Positions 13,190-28,793 of a DNA stretch of 64,000 nucleotides are shown here, one piece after another; positions within the stretch are counted from its first letter, which is position 1, and the number at the start of each line of letters is the position of its first letter. A program made the position numbers and the translations under genes. Below the pieces are notes generated by a model. The model searched no databases. It was not told where the DNA came from and saw nothing but the letters and a program-made list of their open reading frames with translations. Source of the DNA: Eledone cirrhosa (taxonomy: Eukaryota); the NCBI GenBank assembly GCA_964016885.1, contig OZ024746.1, forward strand, positions 24,428,001-24,492,000, read 5' to 3'.

Positions 13190-13368
13190 AATAATTGTTT
13201 CTACTTTAGGCACAAGGCCAGCAATTATCCAGTGCATTACTGGTACTTTATTTTATCGACCCCGTAAGGATGAAAGGCAAAGTCAACCTCGGCGGGATTT
13301 GAACTCAGATCGTAAAGGGACGTAACTATGCTGGAAAGCATGGCGTCTGACCCTCTACCGATACTGCA
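13190..13368 (-). mobile_element. SINE, same family, ~260 nt upstream of the SNRPD3 ATG
   Basis: Near-identical to the 5725 and 25385 copies. Further copies at ~14175-14335, ~16145-16310 and ~28485-28657. Confidence 0.88.
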
Positions 13369-14440
13369 ATATTATGTAATAATATATATATATTACATTT
13401 AAATTAATTATAGAAATTTAAAGTTCAGTAATACACCTTTGAGGGCTGCCTAGTTCGCCTTAATGGTAACGCCAGCCCCAGGGCTTAGTGTGTAATATAC
13501 TAACTCTTACAGTATTTAGTTTTGTGCTTCTGCACAAAAACTCTAATGTTATCGGTATTAATTTTTTCCGGAGTCAATGAAATGAGTACCAGTCATATAT
13601 TCGTTAATTCCATTCATTATATTCAAATCCCCTTAAGAAGAAGAAAAAAGTTTTACTGAACTCCCTCCCCTCCGATTTTAAAGGGAAGTAATCATTATTT
13701 GCGATGAAAGAGTTATTTCCCTTGTTAAAACGTGCGCGTGTGTATCTGTGTGTGTGTATATATATATATTCTTTCATAGACGTTCTTTCACCCTTTAGTA
13801 GTGGTTCACAAACCTTTCTTTCTAACGGCCCCTTTTATTTCAATGTATTTTCTCATGGTCACCTGCTACAATTACTCACTTCCTAGGTTTTATACAATGA
13901 TAACAGCAATCAAAATGTGAAATGTTTATACTTAGAAAAGAATGGATTCCCATTAGTTAACTTAGCTGACGAAACCCCAGTATTGCTTTTGCGGATCGGG
14001 GAGAGGAGAGGTGAAAAGAAAAATGTGTGTGTCCGTTGGGGTGGGGTGGGGCTGATTAACACATGGCATATGAACTATTTTGGGTGTTTTAAACTTGGTG
14101 GAACTCATCCCTCTACAAGGCTGAACATTGCCGATTCCTTTTAGAAAGAAAGGGAGGAAAGGTGATATAGAAGATGGAATCGATATTAGTACTGAACTGG
14201 TATTTTATTTATCGATGTCGAAAGGATGAAAAGTAAAAATGACCTAGGCGGGATTTGAACTCAAAGACCAGTTAATCGGATCAAATACCAATGCATGTAA
14301 TCCGACGCTCTAACGCCTCTGCCAATTCACCACCTTGGTTTATATATAGTAAAGAATTGATCCAGGGAATAAGAAAGGGGGAAGTAAAAACAAAGTAAAA
14401 AAGCTCCTCTCCCGAGATGACGACTCAAATTGATGATGAT

Positions 14441-14760
14441 TTCTTTATTAGCCACACGGGGCTCACATTAAGAAAACATTAAAGATGATACACGACAGTA
14501 GTGTGTGGGGTGGGGTGGTGTAAGAAGTTTGTAACAAAAACTATAAAAAATTTAAACATTTGAAAACAAATTCTCCATTAAGGGTGGAGATTTCCGAGGG
14601 TCACTCGTAAAGAAAACCCACAAAAAAGCCACGGTCACATTGTTCTCTCCCAGTTGCCCTCCTCATATTTACAGGTCCATTCACTCGGATCATGCTCGCC
14701 ACTTTCACCCACCGTTCAACAAACTGGTTGGAAAGTAACACTTCCCTCTCAGAGAGTTTT
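14441..14760 (-). mobile_element. 3' end of a related Tx1-like LINE next to (GAT)n
   Basis: Minus-strand end GTGTGGCTAATAAAGAA followed by (ATC)n; upstream similarity to the 34540-34630 ORF end. Confidence 0.65.
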
Positions 14761-14780
14761 ATAGTCGAGGTGGTGGTGGC

Positions 14781-14861
<81 letters not shown>

Positions 14862-15002
14862 GGTGGTAGATAGGTGGTGAAGGGACTTATAGTCGAGGTG
14901 GTGATGGGGAGGTAATGGCAGTGGTGTTTGTGGCTAATGCTTTGGGGAGTTTTATGACCAAGTTCAACGATTGTAAACTTTTTTGAAAATCTTCTAAAAT
15001 AA

Positions 15003-15320
15003 TGATAATAATGAAATTATTGTGTGCAATGCTCAGGTGCACTAAAACTCATCAAAGGTGCATGTATAGTACATAGAATAATGTGCAAATGTCAGGAAAG
15101 TGAACAGTGTATGAGTCATGATTTACATGTGTGCGTGTGTATGGAGGGGGATATCAAGTGTAGTGTTGGTGAATTTCAGGAAGCATGGAGGTTTTAAAGG
15201 ATGCAGTGTCTCGACAGCTAAACAACTGATGCAGGTGGTTTGTTCCATGCTTCAGCAACTCTGAGCGTGAAAAAATGTTTACGAAAGTCATGGGAGCTGT
15301 GCTGTTTTCTGACTTTATAG
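15003..15320 (-). mobile_element. CR1-clade LINE 3' end
   Basis: Minus-strand peptide KVRKQHSSHDFRKHFFTLRVAEAWNK followed, after a frameshift, by SCRDTASFKTSML; typical CR1 ORF2 C-terminus. Confidence 0.75.
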
Positions 15321-15670
15321 AGTGAACTTTTTTTTTGTTAAAACAGCCACGAGAACAGCTACAACAACCAAGGAAACTCTTGTTAATTGCAAAAACCGAA
15401 GAAAACTTTGAAAACGTTTCGAAATGTGTCGAAATGTCACGTGAAACTGTGAAAGAAATCATTCAAGACACGCGATTCTTATTTAAGGAAGCAAAAGTTC
15501 CACTGAAAAAATGTGTCCCGTCAGTTGCAATCCATGATTGGTGAATTAGTAACGGAAGTGCCTCAAGTCGAAACTGCCCCATCTATTTTTTCAGACTAGA
15601 TAACTTTTATAGTGGAAATGGAATCTCGATTAAACGGGAATGACCAATATTAAGTTTGTGAAGTCAGTTA

Positions 15671-15862
15671 CGAGTGTCGGCTGAAAAGTTCATAGACTGA
15701 TTATGAAGGAGTGATGCTAAATCTGTGAAAATTTGCATGCTTTAATTTCAACTATTCTTATTAATATTATTTCTTATTAGGGACTATATTGAAAAATATA
15801 CCTCATTTGGTCATTCCATGAGGGTATCTTAGTCAGCCTATGAACTTTTCGGCCGACCCTCG
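15671..15862. mobile_element. Mariner-derived MITE (192 bp)
   Basis: TA/CGAGTGTCGGCTGAAAAGTTCATAGACTGA...TCAGCCTATGAACTTTTCGGCCGACCCTCG/TA; ~30-bp TIRs, no ORF. Confidence 0.85.
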
Positions 15863-17599
15863 TATATTGTCTTCCGTCTTTATGTATGAGATAACTCAGA
15901 TGAGCAATGTCAACTTTGGTGTATCACATTATCCTGTTTGGCAAGCAATCCATACAATCTTTGTCACGGACCATATACATCCACCAGGTTCACAGACAGT
16001 TGCAGTTGGTGTTGTGTTGTTGAAACCGTTTACAGGAACAATATTCCCCGCCTATTACGAATATCCAACAAAATCACTGGAATCTTGGCAACCATTCCTG
16101 CTACACTGTGTTCTACAGAGTGCTCCTTCAGCCACTTCAGATTAAAGGTTTCTGATTTAGGCACAAAGCCAACAATTTTGTCGGAAGAAATAAGTCGATT
16201 AAATCGACCCAAGTGTGTTACTGGTACATTATCTTATCGACCAGGTAAGAATGAAAGGCAAAGCTAACCTTGGCTAGATTTGAACCCAGTACATAGAGGG
16301 ACATAACTATATGCCCCAGATTAATGAAGACATACACAAGGAATACTATGAGTCTAATGCGCATAAAAAGATATTGAGCTAAAATTTACCCACATTCCTT
16401 TGGCAAAAATGTTGACAAAATAATTAATATTTTTTAGATGAGAAAAGCAAAAGACAATATTTCTTTTAAGATGCATGTCGTGTGATGTCGATTGCTAAAA
16501 AGTATTTTTCTATCAGAAATTTGTATTTGTGTTTTTATCTACACAAGATTTAGGGAAATCAACCTTTTTGACTTCCTCTCTTCCCTCCGCTTACACAAAG
16601 GGTATCATACGTCCCTCAGTGTAAAAGTATGTGAACGGTTTAACCCCAAGTGTATACATACATACACATATACTGTTTCCCTCTAATATATACACGTTTT
16701 CTCTCACCCTCAAGCATTTATGTGAATATGTGTATGTATGCATGCATAAATGTATGTATGTATGTATGTATGTATGTATGTATGTATGTATGTATGTATG
16801 TATGTATGTATGTATGTATGTATGTGTGTATGTATGTATGTATGAATGTATGTATGTATAGTGGATTGTGTACTTTTTTTTTTTGTAGTGCGTGCGGTTC
16901 AAGATAAGGTAAGAAGTGTGAGTTATAGTAAGCTCAAAGGGGGAAGCTAGAATATAATAACTAAATACATATAATATAATATAATATAATATAATAAATA
17001 AATAAGCTAGAATATAAATAAATACAATAAATGAGATAAAACTTGTTTAAAAATAGTATATGTTTTGTGTTTTATTGTTTGTTTAGGTGAAGGTAGAGGT
17101 GTAGAAAGATGAGTTTGTGAGAATTGAGGTTAGAATTAAAATTAGGGTTAGGCTTAGAGTTAGAGTTAGGATAAGGATTAATGTTAGCATAAGTCACGTG
17201 TGTTCAGTCATCGAGCCTTATTGCTGGGTTAGTATGGGTCACTTCGTAGTAGGAACTTTCGGATTAATAATCCTTTATCAGACTAAATTATTCCTAGCTT
17301 AGTAAATCCATTGTTTGTCAGAATATGTATAATTGCGTTTCCATGTGTCCAGGTTATTCCGAAGGTTTGGGGCAGGCACCCGCTTCTTAATAAAATGTGC
17401 CTGCGCTATTTCTGGGTCTATCGTGTCTCCTTGTTCTGCGTGTATTTTTGTGGTTATACTCCTTCCACATATTTCTGTGTTGAATCATTGCGTTAGGAAA
17501 CGTAGATTTTTGAAAATGTTCTTGAATTTTGTTATGTAGTTGGCACTATAAAAAAAACTACGCAACCCACTATACATATAATCATGTTGCTTGAGATAC

Positions 17600-18420
<821 letters not shown>

Positions 18421-18971
18421 CCATTCACATCCACTCAACAAATATATACATTCAGTTCAATATAAATAAAGGTATACAGATATATACGCAAGCACAAACC
18501 TATGAATAGTTTTATAAAAACTCTTTTACATTTATTCGGCGAAAAGTCTGGCAACTGACATCAAACAGAGAATTGACACAGAATGTTAATCCTGAAAGTT
18601 GAGAAAATTTTTACAGAATTTTCCAACAGAATAAACACCATATTTTTAGAATGGTGAAACAAAAGGAAAACAATTTACGAAAATTAGTCTAGGAAACGTT
18701 ATCTGAATTAGCTGGAGATGGTGAAGAAACAAGAAAAACCAATTCAGAATAAAAAAATTACAAGACGTGCAGAAATTTTATACAAATCTTCAAGAGAACA
18801 CAATATCTGGTGCTGCGCTTTTTTATCTAAAGATTGACATAAAGGTTTTTTTTTTTTTTTCTCGCTTTACACGCGTATACTGTCAAATGGCAGAAGTGAT
18901 GTGACTGAGAAGATAAGATAAGATATTGATCTACCCTTAGTAGATACCAGGTTTTTGATCAACGCTGGCTG

Positions 18972-19046
<75 letters not shown>

Positions 19047-19081
19047 ACACACACAGGCACACACACACAGACACACACACA

Positions 19082-19162
<81 letters not shown>

Positions 19163-19171
19163 ATATATATG

Positions 19172-19475
19172 CCTGATGACTGAGCTCTTGCATTTTCGAC
19201 AGCAAATTCAGAGAATTCCCTGAGCAAACTGAGGATGTTGAAACAGAATGGACATGCTTCAGCTGTTAAATGCTGCAGGTGAAAGAGGCTTGGTGTGACG
19301 CCAGATGGCAGGAGGACCCCTTGGTTCAATCAAATGGTCAAAGATGCCATGCAAGTAAAGAAAGAGGCTTACAAAACTTGGCTTGGAAATAGATCCTCAT
19401 TCTTATACTTGCGGCACAGGCAGACACGAAAATCACAACAGAGACAGCAAAGGCTCCCAAAGTTGAGACATGGGT
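19172..19475 (+). mobile_element. Decayed LINE ORF fragment (endonuclease-RT linker, RTE-like)
   Basis: RRTPWFNQMVKDAMQVKKEAYKTWL motif. Confidence 0.55.
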
Positions 19476-19492
19476 TGACTATTATTATTATC

Positions 19493-20030
19493 ACGGCCTT
19501 TTACGTTCTGAGTTCAAATCCCGCCGAGGTTAACTTTGCCTTTCATCCTTACGGGGTCGATAAAATAAAGTACCAGTAATGCACTGGAGTAATTAATGGC
19601 CTTGTGCCAAATGTAGAAACAATTATTATTATCACGGTGAATTGGCAGAATCGGTAGAGCGTCGAACAACATGCTTCAGGGCATAGAGTTACGGCCCTTT
19701 GCGTTCAAATCTCGCCGAGGTCAGTAAATAATGAACCAGTAATGCACTGGGGTCGATGCTGGCCTTGTGCCAAAAGTAGAAAATTATTATTATTATTATC
19801 GGTTGAGCGTCAGACACCATGTTTTGCAGCATAGGGCGGTGGTTTGGCAGTATCGGTAGAGGGTCGGACAACATGCTTTGCAGCACAGAGTTACGCCCCT
19901 TTCTGATCTGAGTTCAAATCTTGCCGAGGTTAACTTTGCCTTTCATCCTTACGGGGTCAATAAAATAAAGTACCAGTAATGCACTGAGATAATTGCTGGC
20001 CTTGTGCCTAAAGTAGAAACAATTATTATC
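19493..20030 (+). mobile_element. Head-to-tail cluster of SINE copies and fragments
   Basis: Repeated cores and GGCCTTGTGCC..GTAGAAA tails separated by (ATT)n. Confidence 0.85.
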
Positions 20031-20444
20031 AATATTCGTTATCATTGTTGTTCCTATAATTGTTATTGTTGTTGTTTTTGTTACATAATGATATATCTAT
20101 GTTTTTATTCATCCCATCACCCCCACAACTCCACAATTCTGTTACTCCATTATTCCACTACTCAACCACACCGCCACATCACTACTTTACTACTCCGCCA
20201 CCCACTCTGCCACTCAGCTACACCGCTATTCTGTCACTCCACTTGTCCGCTACACCACTATTCCTCTGATCGTTGTCTATTCGTCTATTCGTATATTCGT
20301 CCATTCTGAGAAACTCCTGGAGATCCTGAACGTGTTGTGTCGTGCCGCGTGCGCGCCGTGCTATCAGCGTTTGATTCCTCAGGCATAAAACCTTTCTTTT
20401 TTCTTCTCTGCTTCTTCTTCTGTGTGTGTATGTGGGTATATGTG

Positions 20445-20843
20445 TGGGTATACATATTTCTGCATGTGTTAGTACGTATGTGTATGTATGTATGTATGTA
20501 TGTATGTATGTATGTATGTATGTATGTATGTATGTATGTATGTATGTATGTATGTATGTGTGTGTGTACATGCATGTATGTGTGTATTTGTGGGTATGTG
20601 TGTGTATGTGTATGTAAGTATGTATGTATGCCTGTAAGTGTGTATGTATGTGTGTGTGTGTGTGGGTGTTTGTGTGTGTGTGTGTGTTGGGTGGGTATAC
20701 ATATTTCTGCATGTGTTAGTACGTATGTGTATGTATGTATGTATGTATGTATGTATGTGTGTGTGTACATGCATGTGTGTGTGTATTTGTGGGTATGTGT
20801 GTGTATGTGTATGTAACTATGTATGTATGCCTGTAAGTGTGTA

Positions 20844-20896
<53 letters not shown>

Positions 20897-22060
20897 ATGT
20901 GTGTGTTGGGTGGGTATACATATTTCTGCATGTGTTAGTACGTATATGTATGTATGTATGTATGTGTATGTATGTATGTATGTATGTATGTATGTATGTA
21001 TGTATGTATGTATGCGTGTGTGTGTGTATTTGTGGGTATGTGTGTGTATGTGTATGTAAGTATGTATGTATGCCTGTATGTGTGTATGTATGTGTGTGTG
21101 TGTGTGTTTGTGTGTGTGTGTTTGTGTGTATGTGTGTTGGGTGGGTATACATATTTCTGCATGTGTTAGTACGTATGTGTATGTATGTATGTATGTATGT
21201 ATGTATGTGTATGTATGTATGTATGTATGTATGTATGTATGTATGTATGTATGTATGTATGTATGTATGTATGTATGTGTGTACATGCATGTGTGTGTGT
21301 ATTTGTGGGTATGTGTGTGTATGTGTATGTAAGTATGTATGTATGCCTGTAAGTGTGTATGTATGTGTGTGTGTGTGTGGGTGTTTGTGTGTGTGTGTGT
21401 GTGTTGGGTGGGTATACATATTTCTGCATGTGTTAGTACGTATGTGTATGTATGTATGTATGTATGTATGTATGTATGTATGTATGTATGTATGTATGTA
21501 TGTATGTATGTATGTATGTGTGTACATGCATGTGTGTGTGTATTTGTGGGTATGTGTGTGTATGTGTATGTAAGTATGTATGTATGCCTGTAAGTGTGTA
21601 TGTATGTGTGTGTGTGTGTGGGTGTTTGTGTGTGTGTGTGTGTTGGGTGGGTATACATATTTCTGCATGTGTTAGTACGTATGTGTATGTATGTATGTAT
21701 GTATGTATGTATGTATGTATGTATGTATGTATGTATGTATGTATGTGTGTGTGTACATGCATGTGTGTGTGTATTTGTGGGTATGTGTGTGTATGTGTAT
21801 GTAAGTATGTATGTATGCCTGTAAGTGTGTATGTATGTGTGTGTGTGTGTGGGTGTTTGTGTGTGTGTGTGTGTGTTGGGTGGGTATACATATTTCTGCA
21901 TGTGTTAGTACGTATGTGTATGTATGTATGTATGTATGTATGTATGTGTGTGTGTACATGCATGTGTGTGTGTATTTGTGGGTATGTGTGTGTATGTGTA
22001 TGTAAGTGTGTATGTATGCCTGTATGTGTGTATGTATGTGTGTGTGTGTGTGTGTGTGTT
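20445..22060. repeat. Compound satellite, 7 units of ~220-270 bp built from (TATG)n/(TG)n blocks
   Basis: Anchor GGGTATACATATTTCTGCATGTGTTAGTACGTAT recurs seven times. Confidence 0.92.
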
Positions 22061-22647
22061 TGTGTTTATGTGAATGAGTGCATGTATGGGTGTGTATGCC
22101 TCTATGTGATTATGTAAGTGTGTGAATGTGAGTGTGCGTATGTATATATGCGGGTGTATGCGTGTATGTGTGTATATGTGCATATGTGCGTATGTGGGTG
22201 TATGTATATGTGTATGTGTATGTGTATGTGTGTGTGTGTCTTTGATGGTGATGGTAATAATGATGATGATGATGACAATGATGATGAAGAAGAAGAAGAA
22301 GAAGAAGAAGAAGAAGAAGAAGAAGAAGAAGACGGCAGAGTATGTATAAGGTACATAGATGAAGGTGGTGGAGACTACCTTGTTTGGGGACGTATAAATG
22401 GTGTGGGTTTCAAGAAGGAAAGGGGTAGTAAAGGGATGGCAGCGGGGTATCATACAACGACATGCTAATTTATTTTAACTCTACTTTGATTTTTTTTTTT
22501 CTGATATTGTGTTTTCTTCTATATATATATTTTTTTCATTTAAAAAAGGTTCATTCATAACAGCGTGGCTGTTAAATAGTTTAGTTGTTGTTGTTGATGT
22601 TATACACACACACAGACACGCATACACACACACACACACACACACAC

Positions 22648-22758
<111 letters not shown>

Positions 22759-22775
22759 GGTATCAGTATAGCAGA

Positions 22776-22849
<74 letters not shown>

Positions 22850-22856
22850 TCTCAGT

Positions 22857-22889
<33 letters not shown>

Positions 22890-23042
22890 TATGTGTGTGT
22901 ATGTGTGTGTGTATGTGTGTGTGTGTATGAATATGTATATGAATTTGGTTTTTTGCTTTAACATAGCGGATTACATAATTGTAAATTATTATTCCATGTA
23001 ACCCATATTTATATGTATAAATATATATGTATATGGTGTATA

Positions 23043-23131
<89 letters not shown>

Positions 23132-23168
23132 ATGCATATGTGTGCATGTTTATATGAAATACTATGTG

Positions 23169-23199
<31 letters not shown>

Positions 23200-23528
23200 C
23201 CCCCCCACTCTCAAGAGCGTGAACCTAATAAACCTTTATTTGTAATGTCTCTCTGTTTTTGTTCCCGTCCAAAATGTGTGTCCGTGTACATAGGTGTGTA
23301 AGTGTGTGCAGGAGATGCATATAACTTTGAAGCATAGTTTACAAGTTACCTGTATGTAATGATCTTTGTCAACCCGTTTATTATAGTACGGATGTACGGA
23401 TGTACGGATGTACGGATGTTCGGATGTTCGGATGTATATGTCTGGCTGTCGTGTCGTCTGCCAGTTGTTTCTTGCTGTTTTTATTGTTGCTTGTTGTTCA
23501 GCAAAGGCATATTATCCCTCTCTCTCTA

Positions 23529-23593
<65 letters not shown>

Positions 23594-23594
23594 G

Positions 23595-23940
23595 TAGGTT
23601 GAGGAAAAGGAGGAGGAGAAGGAAAGGAGTACAAACTCTTCGTACTCCTGGAGATGAGGGTTGCACATTTTTTCGGGGGTATGTGTTACCCATATGAACT
23701 GTCTCCCCCTATTGGGGAAAATCGACTAATTTTTAAATTGCATTTGTGATAATATTTTACACGTCTTTATTGTATGTAAACTTCCCCCTTTGTATTTGTC
23801 CCCTTCTTTTGTGCCCCTGTGGCTAATAAAGAAACATATCTATCTACCTAATCATTTTTACACGACTGTATGTAAAATCCCCGACATGTCTTTGTATTGT
23901 CCCCTTTTCTTGTGCGCCCTTGTGGCAAATAAAGAAATCT
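23595..23940 (+). mobile_element. Two tandem 3' ends of the same Tx1-like LINE family in a (TATC)n tract
   Basis: Shares GAGGGTTGCACATTTTT, TGTATGTAAA..CCCC..TTTGTATTTGTCCC..GTGGC(T/A)AATAAAGAAA with the 34286 element. Confidence 0.75.
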
Positions 23941-24242
23941 ATCTATCTATCTATCTACCAGCCTGTTGTGTCAGAACGCACGACGGATGTGGGTGTCTGT
24001 ATGTTGTCACTACCCTCGGATGTCTGAAACACCTTACCTGCGTGTGGGGTACACGATCACGTGTCGCCCCTCCCCCTAGCCAAGTGCGGGTGGGTCGGGG
24101 TGTCACTTATTCAACGGGAATGCACGGCTGGGTTCGCCTAGATATGTACATGCACGCGCCACTTTCTGCACGATGGTGTGTCTGTGTGTATGTGTGTCTG
24201 CATGGTGGTGTGTGTCTGTGTGTGTGCCTGCATGATGGGGTA

Positions 24243-24277
<35 letters not shown>

Positions 24278-25224
24278 CTGCCTGATGGTGTGTGTATGTA
24301 TGTATGTATGTGTCTACATGATGGTGTGTGTCTGAGTATGTGCGCGTGTGTGTGTGGATGTGTGTGCGCGTGTGTCTGTGTGTGTGTGTCTGAGTCTGTG
24401 TGTGTGTGTGTCTGTCTGTGTGTCTGTGTGTGTGTGTGTGCGTGTGTGTGTGTATCTGCCTGATGGTGTGTGTGTATGTATATGTCTACATGATGGAGTG
24501 TGTCTGAGTGTGTGTGTGTGTGTCTGCGTGTGTCCCTATGTGTTTGTGTGTGTCTGTGTGTGAGTCTCTGTGTGTGCGTGCATATGTCTACATGAAGATG
24601 TTCGTGTACGTGTGTGCGTTCATGCGCGCGCTTGTATGCGTTGTGTCAGTGTGTGTGTATGTGTGTTTGTGCTGCTGTGTGTATGCGCGTATATCTGTGT
24701 ATGGGACTGCGTCTGTATGATGGTCTGTGAATATGTTGTGTTTGTGTGTGTGTGAGACTGTGTGTGTGTGAGACTGTGTGCAAGAGAGAATGTATGTATA
24801 CGTTGTGCCTGTATGTGTGCTTGTGTGTGGGTGTACACGAGGCTGAGTATATGTGTTGTGTGTGTTTGCGAGTGCGCATGTATGTGTGCGTGAGAGAGGG
24901 TGTGTGTATATATATCATGTTCGCGTGTGTAAGTGTGTGTGTGTGTGTGTCTGTGTTTGCATGTGCGAGTGTGTGTGAGAACGAGAGAGAAAAAAACAGA
25001 GAGAGAGAGAGGGTGAGAGAAGAGAGAGAGGGAGAGAGAGAGAGGAGAAGAGAGAGAAAGAGAAGAGAGGGAGAGAGAGGGGTGAGAGAGCGGCGGGGGG
25101 ATAAAGGGAGAGGGATAGAGAAAGAGAGAGAGGGGGAGGAAAGGGAAGAAAGGGAGAGGGAGGGAGAAGAAGGAGTAAGAGATGGAGAGAGAGAGAAAGA
25201 GAAATAGAGAGAGAGAGAGAGAGA

Positions 25225-25273
<49 letters not shown>

Positions 25274-25384
25274 AGAGATAAAGAGAGAGGAGAGAGATGG
25301 GGATATGTGCTCATGAGACGTGATTCAACTGGTACATCTATCTGGAGCCCAGAGAACCAAAGAAGGACGTCGTAAATATGTAAT

Positions 25385-25561
25385 TGTTTCTACTTTAGGC
25401 ACAAGGCCAGCAATTACCCAGTGCATTACTGGTACTTTATTTTATCGACCCCGTAAGGATGAAAGGCAAAGTCAACCTCGGCGGGATTTGAACTCAGATC
25501 GTAAAGGGACGTAACTATGCTGGAAAGCATGGCGTCCGACCCTCTACCGATACTGCCAGTC
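25385..25561 (-). mobile_element. tRNA-derived SINE, same family
   Basis: Near-identical to the 5725 copy; 14-bp TSD CGTAAATATGTAAT. Confidence 0.9.
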
Positions 25562-26079
25562 CGTAAATATGTAATGACCGCGCCCTGATCCCCACAACCC
25601 TGAAATATCTCTTGTTTCTCTTGAGATATTTGGACTTGGAATTTGTGGTGTTTGCCATGTTGCTAAAACTTAGGTAGATTTATTCTACATACCAGAAAGA
25701 TGAATGAAACTTAAGGGTCAGTTCACCTCGGGGTTCCGGCAGACAGGATGGAGAAGACATTGCTCAGGAGGATTGCGAGAGAGACGCCCAGCAATAGCTA
25801 TTCCTCGTCACGGGGTTCGCATTTGCGGGTAGCCAACTCCGCTCCGATAGAAATGAGTAGGGATGTGGTCAGGGGGCGGGGGTCAAGAAGCCGGAAGTCT
25901 CCACTGCCCCCGGTTCAACCACAAAATTATCAGAGAGCTGCCGGTACTTTAACTGTTTGCTCTTTACTGCTCGGCGGACAGCGAAGCCTAAACTGGTAAA
26001 TTGTGAAAAGTATATAAATAAACTCCATATTCATTGTATTGAGTACTCTTCACTAGGTCATATGAAACCTGCTTGATCA

Positions 26080-26242
<163 letters not shown>

Positions 26243-26554
26243 GAGAGGTATAGAGATTGTTTTAGCAAGAAGCTAACGGCATTCTATAACATATATGCGA
26301 CTATAACGTCAAGATGGGAAAAGTAGTTAACGAAAGATTTAGGAAAAATAACTCAAACTCATCTCAAAAGAGAATCAGGATATAAATTCATCCACAGAAT
26401 TTAGTAAAATCCAGGGAAAAATCTATAGACCTTTAACTCATGATAAAATAAAGTTTGAAACACTTATCCTTCAATTTGGAATAACATCAAATGCTCTGTA
26501 TAGTCTGTATAGTCTCTGAATTGAGAGATCACAGCTCTGATACTACTGACATGT

Positions 26555-26620
<66 letters not shown>

Positions 26621-26956
26621 ACATGTCAGTAGTATCAGAGCTGTGATCTCTCAATTCAGAGAAGTAGCATCTCTATCTGGAGTGACTCTCTGATCTCTGA
26701 GCTACAAATCTCTCCAGTGATTCTTTCCTGAGACATTCTAACCACATGGCTGTAGTACTGGAGCTGTGATCTCTCCATTCAGAGAAGTAGCATCTCTACC
26801 TAGAGTGACTCTCTGATCTCCAAGCTACACACTCTATTGAGTAACATGCTTAAGTCTCAAGCGATGGTATTACTCGAAATCGAGTTGCAGCCATCATCAT
26901 CATCATGTATTATGCATGCATACACACACACACAGACACACACGCATACACGCACG

Positions 26957-27036
<80 letters not shown>

Positions 27037-27160
27037 CGTATATATATATATACCAAAGGAATTGTGGTAAGGAACCAGATGGACCATAACGCACCAGAGT
27101 ACTCAATACTTAGGGTAGTAGAGTGGTAATAGGAACAAGTATGACCATGTCATACTTTTT

Positions 27161-27239
<79 letters not shown>

Positions 27240-27434
27240 GAAGAGTGGGAGAGAGATTGTGCTCAGCTAAAATAGTTGATACATCTCGCAATGCATTCCC
27301 GTCTCCTTCCGTGTTTATTAATCGCGGGCTGAGGGCAGCGGCCGAGCACCAAACGTTATACACACACACACACACACATACACACGCACACACACACACA
27401 CACACACACACGCAGACACGCGCACGCACGCACA

Positions 27435-27498
<64 letters not shown>

Positions 27499-27548
27499 GC
27501 GCGCACACACACACCCACCCACCCACACACCCACCCCCCACACACACC

Positions 27549-27608
<60 letters not shown>

Positions 27609-27873
27609 TATATGTAGTGTGTGTTTTGTTCCGCCTGCTCAATCTGCCCCCAGCAGGGCCGGTGTCATGGTATTGACAGATCTATGACATTAACCCCATA
27701 ATTGACAACATGGGGGGAAAATAATCTTGTAAAGGTTATAAGCGAAAATTATCTAGGGGTGGTGCTCTTGATATATATATATATATATATATATATACAG
27801 TCACACACACACACACAAACACATATATACCATTGTACTGTATTGTTCACCCGTGTTGTTTTCATGGTTGACT

Positions 27874-27981
<108 letters not shown>

Positions 27982-28104
27982 TTGTATATACATATATACA
28001 TATATATGTGTGTGTGTGTATATGTATATTCACTTCCACCAAGCGTGAACCTAATATGACTGTAAAGTTGCCTCCTGTGTTTGTGTTTTATTTGTTTCAT
28101 TTAT

Positions 28105-28219
<115 letters not shown>

Positions 28220-28345
28220 GTATGAAAAAATGGGGAGAAGAATACTGAAGGTTGCACATGGATAACATGTTATAAAATGAGTCCCTCATCAGTGATTTGC
28301 CGACGATCATAGATATTTCATTGCATTAAAAATCATATACCTCAC

Positions 28346-28397
<52 letters not shown>

Positions 28398-28718
28398 AAA
28401 ATATAACAAGGATGATTGGTTACTCCTTCATTACATTTATTTGTAATGAAGGAGTAACCAATCGTCCATGTTATATTTTCAATATAATTGTTTCTACTTT
28501 AGGCACAAAGCCAGCAATTACCCAGTACATTACTGGTACTTTATTTTATCGACCCTGTAAGGATGAAAGGCAAAGTCAACCTCCGCGGGATTTGAACTCA
28601 GACTGTAAAGGGACGTAACTATGCTAGAAAGCATGGCGTCCAACCCTCTACCGATACTCACTCTGTATAGCTCTACACCTCGACACAGAAGTGAACCTAA
28701 ACAAATTACACCCCCTAG

Positions 28719-28793
<75 letters not shown>

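Noticed and set aside
14692-14880. Poly-Met/poly-Val ORF
   Set aside because: (GAT)n/(GGT)n trinucleotide repeat beside a LINE fragment.
17085-17185. Telomere-like TTAGGG variants
   Set aside because: Short and highly degenerate; not a telomeric array.
20285-21901. 538-aa ORF and the many YI/HT/CV/SL/RE-repeat ORFs
   Set aside because: They are translations of stop-free microsatellites.
28270-28325. Minus-strand CTGATGAG with nearby GAAA
   Set aside because: No closing helices, and the triplet would be NUG.
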